Source of the DNA: an uncultured Hyphomicrobiales bacterium
GTDB lineage: Bacteria > Bacteroidota > Ignavibacteria > Kapaibacteriales > UBA2268
NCBI GenBank assembly: GCA_964499465.1
Contig: CAZCLJ010000002.1
Span: 1-51,075, forward strand
Length of the DNA stretch: 51,075 nt
Direction of reading: 5' to 3'
In this document: in pieces, positions 43,679 through 51,075 of the stretch
Numbering within the stretch: position 1 is the first letter of the stretch
How the letters are laid out: every line of letters starts with the position of its first letter
The notes under the pieces: generated by a model
Database searches by the model: none
What the model was told of the DNA's origin: nothing
What the model saw: only the letters and a program-made list of their open reading frames with translations
Position numbers and translations under genes: made by a program

Positions 43679-45805
43679 TCAGGAGTTCTTTTCTTTAGAG
43701 TAAAGAAAGAAAATATCCATATTATTCTTCCTATTACCGCTTAATTTAATAAACTCATAAAAATCGTTTAGTAAATTTAAAGATGTTTCACCCTCTTTAA
43801 CATATAAAAAAATCTTGTCAGATAAATTAATCAGTTCAGCATATCTGATAATTTTTGACAAAAAAGGCACTTCAATAACTATGTTTCTAAAGTTTACATT
43901 TAACTTGACAATAATATCATGAAATTTTTTAGCACTAAAAACAGCATTTATTTCAAAATCATTAATTCTAACCACAATCTTTCTTTTATTTAAGAAAACA
44001 TCTGAGCCGACAAGCTTATCCAAATCACGAAAAGAGATACCTTCATTAAAACTGAAACTTAATAAAAAAGCAGATTCATCCAGGTAAAGATCAACACCAG
44101 TTAAGTCGGGTGCTGTAGGAATATAACAAACAGTATTAAAATCACTTGAAATCATATCAAAAAAGGATTGGATTTTAAAAATAGAATCATGGTCCTGTTT
44201 AATAATTTCATACAGCAAATATCCATCAAACAGTTTATTAATATCATCTTTGCATCTAACTCTTTCTCTGAATACTTCAAACAGTAATACTGCAACAAAA
44301 GAGCAAAAGAGTGACAAGAAAACCATCATGACAAGACTTAGTAACAATTTTGGAGAATTTTTTAAAACAACAGGGTCAGGAGAATCAATTATCTTTAAAG
44401 GTGCAACCCCTGTTTTCTTGTCAAGAGTGCTTTCATAAAGCTTTGTTGTCAGAGCGACATAAAGTTTTTCTGTCAATTCAAGATCTTTTTTTAACGCTTC
44501 AGACTCCAAAACACTCTGAGGAAAATCTTTTTGCTCATTAACTATTTTATCAATTGATTTCTGCACTATCATTTTTGCATTATTTACAGCTATCCTCTCT
44601 TTATTTAAAGTGTATGATATGTTTTTTGACGATTCCTTAATTGCATTATTTATGCTTATGTATTCAGGATATTCGTCTGTTACTTTTTCTTTCATCAAAT
44701 CTCTTTTTATTATTAGTTCATTATGTGCGCGAATCATTTCTAACATAGAAAGATTGTCTGACAGAACCGAAAACGCTGCCGGCTCCATTTTATCATTATC
44801 CATTTCTTTAATAGCAGAAGAAAGTAATTTCTCTTTCAACTCCAGTTTTTCCAACTCTGTCTTAATAAATTCAATCTTTTTGATAACGGCATCAAATTGA
44901 ACAGAAGGAAGGAATATTTTGTTTTCTTTTTGTGAAACAATAAGTTTTTGAGCCTTATTTTCTATTTCTTTTTTAACGCTGCTTAAAACATCATTTATAT
45001 AATACTTTTTTGCAGCGATTTCTTCTTCATCCCATTTCTTATTAATATCCTCAAAAATTTCGATATATTTTTTCAGTATCAAATATCCAGTATAAGAATT
45101 CTCATGCGAAAATTGAAGAATAATATTGTTCGTGCCCATAACAGATTTAATATTGAATTTCTTTTTTAGGAATGTGCGTGCATCAATTATTGATCGTGTT
45201 TGAAGAGAATATTCCGACTTTGCTACATCACCAACTTTATCAAATATTATCTCGTGTTCATCAATAATACAAGGAACATTCCAGAAGCAACTCTGATCTA
45301 TTTTACCATTGGATATGGAGTATCCCTCCGGTTCAATCTTTAAGTCAAAATTCTGGTTTTCAAGTTTTGGGAATTTCTTTATATAGAAAGATCCCGTATT
45401 AATTGGATTTCCTAAAAGCACATCAATAATATAGAAAAATACCGAGTTTCTTTTCTTTGCAAAAAAAATGTTCAGATTCAAATCATTTATAACTCTGTCG
45501 TTTAAAGATCTGGATTTCAAAAGCTCTTCGTATGAAGAAATTGATGATGTGGCTTGAGTCCCAAGCATTAAAGACATAGGATTTAAAGAAATTGAATCTT
45601 GAAAATTATTGATTTCTATTGTTGAGTCAACAACATAATCAGGAGTAACAAAAAACAAGAAAAACAAGAAAAAAGAAACAAATGCAACAAGAGAGTATAT
45701 CAATACTTTCTTAAAGTTATTGGTAAATAATTTTTTTATGTCAGACATTGTAATCTCTTTTATGTCTTTAAATTCATCATGTGCCTTTTCGTCTGTTCTG
45801 CTCAT
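43679..45805 (-). CDS. Polysaccharide co-polymerase (Wzz/GumC/Wzc-like) with a C-terminal domain lacking a Walker A motif
   Basis: 708 aa: TM1, a long coiled-coil periplasmic region, TM2 (LLLSLVMMVFLSLFCSFVAVLLF), then about 190 aa cytoplasmic. No GxxGxGK[ST] is visible. Confidence 0.6.
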   Translation of the reverse strand: MSRTDEKAHDEFKDIKEITMSDIKKLFTNNFKKVLIYSLVAFVSFFLFFLFFVTPDYVVDSTIEINNFQDSISLNPMSLMLGTQATSSISSYEELLKSRSLNDRVINDLNLNIFFAKKRNSVFFYIIDVLLGNPINTGSFYIKKFPKLENQNFDLKIEPEGYSISNGKIDQSCFWNVPCIIDEHEIIFDKVGDVAKSEYSLQTRSIIDARTFLKKKFNIKSVMGTNNIILQFSHENSYTGYLILKKYIEIFEDINKKWDEEEIAAKKYYINDVLSSVKKEIENKAQKLIVSQKENKIFLPSVQFDAVIKKIEFIKTELEKLELKEKLLSSAIKEMDNDKMEPAAFSVLSDNLSMLEMIRAHNELIIKRDLMKEKVTDEYPEYISINNAIKESSKNISYTLNKERIAVNNAKMIVQKSIDKIVNEQKDFPQSVLESEALKKDLELTEKLYVALTTKLYESTLDKKTGVAPLKIIDSPDPVVLKNSPKLLLSLVMMVFLSLFCSFVAVLLFEVFRERVRCKDDINKLFDGYLLYEIIKQDHDSIFKIQSFFDMISSDFNTVCYIPTAPDLTGVDLYLDESAFLLSFSFNEGISFRDLDKLVGSDVFLNKRKIVVRINDFEINAVFSAKKFHDIIVKLNVNFRNIVIEVPFLSKIIRYAELINLSDKIFLYVKEGETSLNLLNDFYEFIKLSGNRKNNMDIFFLYSKEKNS

Positions 45806-45909
45806 ATTAAACCCTTATAAAAATTTCAAAACCTAATCCTATTGACAAGTAAAAATACTTTTTATCTCCAATTTGTAAACATTTTAAAGTTTCTGTAATT
45901 TTCTATTAT

Positions 45910-46989
45910 TCAAAACTTCAATGTTTCCAGTATTTTAATAAGGTTTGAAACAACCCTTTCCCTTTCATACCGAGTAGCAGTATTTTTTGCATTTTCCTTA
46001 AAACTCATTTTTTCAATTTTTGATAACAACATAAATTTTTTGATCTTTTCTGCAAGATCAGATGCATTGCCGGGTTCAAAAAAATAACCGTTATCTCCAT
46101 CATAAAGATAATCTGACACCCCTCCTATTTTTGAACCGACTACGGGAGTTCCGCAAGCCATTGCTTCTAACCCGACAAGTCCGAGACTTTCACTTTTTGA
46201 AGGAAAAACAAATACTTCCATGTCATTAAAAAATTGAGGGAGCAAGTTCTGGTCATTTACATTTCTCAGTTCTATCTTCTCACTAAGACCCCTTTCGTTG
46301 ATCATTTCTAATAACCGATCGTGCATTGGACCAGTTCCGGCAACAAGAAATTTTCTTCCGTCAACAAGACCGCTACTGTTAAGAACAGATACCGCTTCGA
46401 CAAAAACATCACACCCTTTTTCTTTAGTCAATCTCGAGACATAACCAGCCGAATACGGTTTAGTGGCGACAGGATTGTCATCAAATGACCTGAACTTGTC
46501 AAAATCAACTCCTCCGGAAGGAGAAACAAATATCTTTTCTTCAGGTACTCCATATTTTTTCATGACTTCTTTTTTCAGAAAACTTGAAGGGACTACAACC
46601 ATTTTAACATTGTCAAGAGATCTTTTAAGAATATTTTCAAGCACTTGCAGTCCTTTTGACTGGGGATTCATGTCAGTTCCATGAAAATTTATGACAAGTG
46701 GTTTTATCATGAACGAATTCATCAGATAAACAAGAGGTGAAAGATGAAGAGGATAATGAAGAAAAACGATATCACACTCTTTAAAAAGAAGATTGAAAAC
46801 AGCTGAGAAATAAAGTTTAAGATATGCCCATATCTTTTGCCATCTTCCTTTTTGTTTTCCTTTTATAACTGCTGTGAAGCTGAACCCAACCCCTTTTTTC
46901 GACATTGAATCGACAAGCCCTTTAACAAAAACTCCGTAGTTCTTATCATTTTCAGAAGGATACATGTTCGATACAATCCCGATCTTCAT
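45910..46989 (-). CDS. GT4 glycosyltransferase
   Basis: SESLGLVGLEAMACGTPVVGSKIGGVSDYLYDGDNGYFFEPGN. Confidence 0.85.
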   Translation of the reverse strand: MKIGIVSNMYPSENDKNYGVFVKGLVDSMSKKGVGFSFTAVIKGKQKGRWQKIWAYLKLYFSAVFNLLFKECDIVFLHYPLHLSPLVYLMNSFMIKPLVINFHGTDMNPQSKGLQVLENILKRSLDNVKMVVVPSSFLKKEVMKKYGVPEEKIFVSPSGGVDFDKFRSFDDNPVATKPYSAGYVSRLTKEKGCDVFVEAVSVLNSSGLVDGRKFLVAGTGPMHDRLLEMINERGLSEKIELRNVNDQNLLPQFFNDMEVFVFPSKSESLGLVGLEAMACGTPVVGSKIGGVSDYLYDGDNGYFFEPGNASDLAEKIKKFMLLSKIEKMSFKENAKNTATRYERERVVSNLIKILETLKF

Positions 46990-46999
46990 GATTCAATCC

Positions 47000-48103
47000 T
47001 TATACATTTTTCATAATATTTTCAATAATATAATCCTGATCTTCCCTTTTAAGGAACGGGGACATCGGTATGCTCAGTATCTCACTGCTGACTTTTTCCG
47101 ATACAGGGAAATCCCCTGTCTTCAAACCAAGATATGAATATGCCTCCTGAAGATGAAGCGGTTTCGGATAGTGAATGGCCGTTGGGATCCCTACAGAATT
47201 AAGCTTCGCCGCAAAGCCGTCCCTGTCTTTAACCCTTATAGAATACTGTGCATAGACCGATGTTCTATTCTTCTTTATTACAGGAAGAACTACATCTTTC
47301 TTCCCTGCGAGTCTAGTTGAGTAATATTGTGCCACTTCAACCCGTTTTTTCAATTCTTCTTCAAGGTGGTCCATTTTCACATTAAGTATCGCCGCCTGAA
47401 TAGTGTCAAGACGACCGTTTATTCCGATATATTTATGATAATATCTCTGGGTCTGACCATGAACTCTGATGCTTTTCAGCTTTTCAGCAAGTTCCGCATC
47501 ACTTGTGAAAACTGCTCCTCCGTCACCGTAACAGCCAAGCGGCTTTGAAGGGAAAAAACTGGTGCAGCTGAGTTTTGAGATATTACAGCTTTTCTTCCCT
47601 TTATATTCAGCTCCGAAACTCTGACAGGCATCTTCAATTACAAAAATACCGTGTTTTGCCGCTATCGCATTTATTTCATCCATGTCGGCAACCTGTCCGT
47701 AAAGACACACTGGAACTATCGCTTTTGTTCTTTCCGTTATTTTCTCTTCTATTTTGCCCGGATCGAGGTTGTATGTCGTTTCATCTATATCTGCAAAAAC
47801 AGGTTTCGCCCCGAGCAGCGATATGACTTCAGCGGTTGCAATGAAGGTGAAAGGAGTTGTGATAACCTCGTCGCCATCTTTAACACCGATCGCCATCAAA
47901 GCAAGAAGAAGGGCATCAGTACCGCTTGAACATGATATTGCATGAGGAGAGCCCGTAAATTCAGAAAGCCGGTTTTCAAGTTCTCTTACCTGTTGACCCA
48001 TTATGAATGATGATTCCAGACACACTTTTTCAATTGCTCTGTCTATTTCATTTTTATATGCGGCATACTGAGCTTTAAGATCAATAAATTCAATTTTTCT
48101 CAT
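47000..48103 (-). CDS. DegT/DnrJ/EryC1/StrS-family PLP-dependent sugar aminotransferase
   Basis: SGTDALLLAL..GDEVITTPFTFIATA.., FFPSKPLGCYGDGG (PLP lysine), GINGRLD. ATGA overlap with etfB. Confidence 0.9.
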   Translation of the reverse strand: MRKIEFIDLKAQYAAYKNEIDRAIEKVCLESSFIMGQQVRELENRLSEFTGSPHAISCSSGTDALLLALMAIGVKDGDEVITTPFTFIATAEVISLLGAKPVFADIDETTYNLDPGKIEEKITERTKAIVPVCLYGQVADMDEINAIAAKHGIFVIEDACQSFGAEYKGKKSCNISKLSCTSFFPSKPLGCYGDGGAVFTSDAELAEKLKSIRVHGQTQRYYHKYIGINGRLDTIQAAILNVKMDHLEEELKKRVEVAQYYSTRLAGKKDVVLPVIKKNRTSVYAQYSIRVKDRDGFAAKLNSVGIPTAIHYPKPLHLQEAYSYLGLKTGDFPVSEKVSSEILSIPMSPFLKREDQDYIIENIMKNV

Positions 48104-48900
48104 ACCTTGTCCCCCTTTACAATACTGATTAAATCCAACAACTTATTCAATCCTTTGTCAAGATTCTCCTCATCGTAGAACTCACATTTCCCGCTTGCTG
48201 TTACCGGCTCTATTTTCACTACCCTTGTGGGGCTTCCTTTCAACCCTGTCTGAGCGAGGTCACATTTGATAATACCGTTATCAAGGTGGACAATATGAGC
48301 AAAATATGCAGACGCGGCCTCTTTAACAGAAGGGATCCTTCTAATGTTGGAACCGTTCCCGACTGTTATTACCGCCGGAAGCTCAGATGACAGCTCCAGA
48401 ATACTGTCACCCATTTCGCACCTAACCGCCACAGATTCATTTATATCAGTTATTTCAAATACATACGGGAGCAGAGGCATGCCGAGTATTTCTGAGATCT
48501 CACCCGGAACCTGTGCCGTATCACCATCTATCGCCTGTTTGCCGCAAATTATCAGATCTGGATCTTTGAGCTGATGTCTAATCCCCTTTGACAATGTATA
48601 TGCCGTAGCCCAGCAGTCAGCGCCGGAAAAAGCCCTGTCACTTATCAGAACGGCCTCATCAGCCCCGAGCGAAAGAGCTCTTCTTAAAGCAAGTTCAGCA
48701 GAATCAGGCCCCATCGTAAAAACAGTGATCTTGACATCCTTCAACATGTTCTTTACTGAAACAGCCATGTCAAGGGCATATTCGCAATACGGGTTCAGGA
48801 TCGATTCAACCCCTTTTCTTATCAGAGTCCCCGTTTCCCTGTCTATCTTTATCTTATCGGTGCGGGGCACCTGTTTTATGAGAACTGCAATATTCATCAT
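48100..48900 (-). CDS. etfB: Electron transfer flavoprotein beta subunit
   Basis: MNIAVLIKQVP...NPYCEYALDMAV...IICGKQAIDGDTAQVPGEISE. The start was chosen at the ATG that forms an ATGA overlap with the oxidase stop. Confidence 0.85.
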   Translation of the reverse strand: MMNIAVLIKQVPRTDKIKIDRETGTLIRKGVESILNPYCEYALDMAVSVKNMLKDVKITVFTMGPDSAELALRRALSLGADEAVLISDRAFSGADCWATAYTLSKGIRHQLKDPDLIICGKQAIDGDTAQVPGEISEILGMPLLPYVFEITDINESVAVRCEMGDSILELSSELPAVITVGNGSNIRRIPSVKEAASAYFAHIVHLDNGIIKCDLAQTGLKGSPTRVVKIEPVTASGKCEFYDEENLDKGLNKLLDLISIVKGDKV

Positions 48901-50393
48901 AATTCCCCGCAAGGGAACATGTTCCCCCTGTTTAGAAGAAAATGGGGGTCAAAAACACTTTTTATCCTTCTCATTTCTCTAACACCCTCAGCTCCGTACA
49001 TCATTTCAAGATATCTGTGCTTGAGTTTTCCTATTCCGTGTTCTGCTGAAACGCTTCCGTTCAGTTCTATCACTTTTTCAGCGATAACCTTATAAATTTC
49101 CTTCCCTTTTCCCAGTTCATCATAATTTGACGGAAGAAAGTTTATATGCAAATGGTTATCTCCGATGTGACCGAAACAGACATATTTAAGACCGCTTCTA
49201 TTCAGGACTGAATCATAAAATTCAACCAGCTCTCCGAATTTTTCGTCACTGACCGCAAAATCGGTCCCGAGCTTATGTATGGACGGATGTTTCTTTTTAA
49301 CGCCGGCAATATATTCATTCACTGTTTCAGGAAGTGCATGTCTGAAATTTTTTATCCTTTCCTTTTCAATATTTTCCCATGCACACCATGAACCTTTCCA
49401 GTCAACATTTAAAGAGAGCAGTTTGTTAAAGGCGGCATTTATGTTGCTATCTTTAATTTCGATATCAAAAAACAGTGCCGCGTTCGCATTGTCACTTATC
49501 TTGGGCATGCTGACTGACTGAGGATCTTTTTTGGCTTTTTCTCTTATCATTTCAAGACCCGAACCATTAAAATACTCAATAAAATCAAGCATTACATCTT
49601 TGCTGTCTTTAAGATATGCCGTAAAATCAATTGCCTCAATTTCAGTATCAAAAAACTTTACAACACTTATAGAGGCGTGTTTGGGCGCAAGCCATATCTC
49701 AACTTCTGTAATTACACCGAGAATTCCTTCAGAACCGATGAAAAGATCAATAATATCCATCGCATTCTCGCTGAAAAGACCTGCCGCATTTTTGCACTTT
49801 GGCATTTTATAGCCGGGAATATTGAATTTTTTCCCTGAAATGTTGAATAACCCTGGATCATCTGCAAAATTTTCACCCCTGACAATTTTGTGAATTGATC
49901 CATCCATCAGCACGATTTCGATAGATCTGATCCATTTTCTTGTCGGACCGTATCTGAAGGAAAGCGCACCACTGGCGTTTGTTGCGACTGTTCCCCCTAT
50001 CGAAGCACTCATTTCAGTCGGATCTACGGGATAAAATAACTCTGTGCCGTTTAATTTCTCCTTAATTCCGTTAAGAGTCGCACATGCTGCCGCTTTTACA
50101 AAGTGCTCTCCCGATTCAGCATCAAGCTCTATCTCGCCGATTTTATTCATTCTTTCAAGAGAGATCACTATCCCTCCGAATGGAACTGACGCTCCGGTAA
50201 TGCCGGTTCCTTGAGCATATATCGTGACCGGAATTTTATTTAATGAAGAATATTTAAGTATTTCAGCCACTTCCACGCTGTTTTCCGGAAAAAGGACTTT
50301 TGAAGCATCTCCGCCCTGCATTCTGCTTTCATCAGCCAGATATCTGTCAGACGGTTCAATATCTCTACTGAAAATATTTTTCAATCTGTCCAT
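48897..50393 (-). CDS. FAD-linked oxidase (GlcD / D-lactate dehydrogenase-like, PCMH FAD-binding domain)
   Basis: VTIYAQGTGITGASVP, GGTVATNASG, EHGIGKLKH. The start was chosen at MDRLKNIF, 1 nt after the etfA stop; the track ORF extends to 50489. Confidence 0.8.
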   Translation of the reverse strand: MDRLKNIFSRDIEPSDRYLADESRMQGGDASKVLFPENSVEVAEILKYSSLNKIPVTIYAQGTGITGASVPFGGIVISLERMNKIGEIELDAESGEHFVKAAACATLNGIKEKLNGTELFYPVDPTEMSASIGGTVATNASGALSFRYGPTRKWIRSIEIVLMDGSIHKIVRGENFADDPGLFNISGKKFNIPGYKMPKCKNAAGLFSENAMDIIDLFIGSEGILGVITEVEIWLAPKHASISVVKFFDTEIEAIDFTAYLKDSKDVMLDFIEYFNGSGLEMIREKAKKDPQSVSMPKISDNANAALFFDIEIKDSNINAAFNKLLSLNVDWKGSWCAWENIEKERIKNFRHALPETVNEYIAGVKKKHPSIHKLGTDFAVSDEKFGELVEFYDSVLNRSGLKYVCFGHIGDNHLHINFLPSNYDELGKGKEIYKVIAEKVIELNGSVSAEHGIGKLKHRYLEMMYGAEGVREMRRIKSVFDPHFLLNRGNMFPCGEL

Positions 50394-50394
50394 G

Positions 50395-51075
50395 TTAAAC
50401 CTTTTTTGTAAAAAATTCTGTCGCTTTTTCAAGCCAGATGGAAGCATCCATGACAAACCCTGTATGGGCAACAGAAAATATTTCTGCATTTGCGTCGGTA
50501 TTTACAGCAATTATCTTCATTGAAGTCTTCATCCCTGCAAGATGCTGGACGGCACCGCTTATTCCGATCGCGATATAAATATCAGGCGAAATTGTCTTTC
50601 CAGACTGCCCCACCTGTCTACTGTGTTCCATCCAGCCCGATTCAACAATTTTTCTTGAACACGCACAGACGCCTCCGATGCTTTTTGCAAAATCTTCAAT
50701 TTTTTTAAGCAGTTCTTTCGATCTTACACCGTGTCCCACAGCAACAATGATCTTTGCGTCCTCTATCTTTTCACATTCTGCCGACATATTTGACACTCTG
50801 CTGTTTTCAATAACATGCCGCCTTGTATTCGGTATTTCAAAGAACATCTTTTCGATCGGTCTTTCATGATTAAAGAACTCCTTCACTTTGAAAACACCCG
50901 GCCTTACAGTAGCCATCTGCGGCAGTCTTTCGGGCGATATGATGTGGGCAAGTATGTTTCCACCCAGAGCCGGTCTTATCTGAACCAGTTTACCGTCTTT
51001 GTTTATTTCAAAACCGGTGCAGTCTGCTGTTATTCCGCATCTCACATTTGCGGCAACTTTCGGAGCAAGTACCCT
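50395..51075 (-). CDS. etfA: Electron transfer flavoprotein alpha subunit. The 5' end lies beyond the window.
   Basis: GITADCTG...RPALGGNI...TVRPGVF..., and the C-terminal FAD-binding IYIAIGISGAVQHLAGM. The frame is open to the window edge. Confidence 0.85.
   Translation of the reverse strand, partial: RVLAPKVAANVRCGITADCTGFEINKDGKLVQIRPALGGNILAHIISPERLPQMATVRPGVFKVKEFFNHERPIEKMFFEIPNTRRHVIENSRVSNMSAECEKIEDAKIIVAVGHGVRSKELLKKIEDFAKSIGGVCACSRKIVESGWMEHSRQVGQSGKTISPDIYIAIGISGAVQHLAGMKTSMKIIAVNTDANAEIFSVAHTGFVMDASIWLEKATEFFTKKV

Noticed and set aside
1-51075. Alternative genetic code (UGA recoding, as in some candidate phyla)
   Set aside because: Long conserved genes are intact under the standard code. 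TGA is used as a functional stop in several ATGA start/stop overlaps, for example at 14693, 19564, 25390 and 48100.
1-51075. CRISPR arrays, rRNA genes or prophage structural modules
   Set aside because: No regularly spaced direct repeats, rRNA-like conserved stretches or phage capsid, tail or terminase-like ORFs were seen.

Overview
AT-rich bacterial contig with almost no non-coding space. The small, streamlined genes suggest a Patescibacteria/CPR-like organism, but that is inference only. It has three parts. (1) 1-21.3 kb is housekeeping and envelope genes: a partial lipase-like hydrolase, secF, a secD carrying an embedded parvulin PPIase insert, mgtA-type P-type ATPase, tRNA-Trp, an AI-2E transporter, an unannotated rpmG (L33), mutM, a short pyruvate kinase, a padR/pspC-domain pair and several hypothetical membrane or secreted proteins. 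(2) 21.3-31.5 kb is a decayed accessory mosaic ending at an intact tRNA-Ser(GGA). It holds an IS3-family element inserted in a radical-SAM/SPASM pseudogene, an overlapping CYTH + NodU/CmcH carbamoyltransferase pair, and two convergent 3'-truncated genes. It also holds a 2.4 kb integrase-less cassette flanked by exact 26-bp direct repeats of the tRNA-Ser 3' end. That cassette encodes an unannotated 52-aa Cys/Gly-rich peptide translationally coupled to an intact rSAM/SPASM enzyme, plus a methyltransferase. This is the best candidate for an undescribed system (a RiPP-like cassette). Two families of unexplained non-coding repeats mark the cassette borders. (3) 31.5-51.1 kb has gatA, a HAD hydrolase and adk. 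A single minus-strand operon of 14 genes follows, running etfA, GlcD-like FAD oxidase, etfB and a DegT aminotransferase into a Wzx/Wzy-type glycan cluster. No rRNA genes or CRISPR arrays were seen. All calls come from reading the sequence and the supplied ORF translations; no database search was run.
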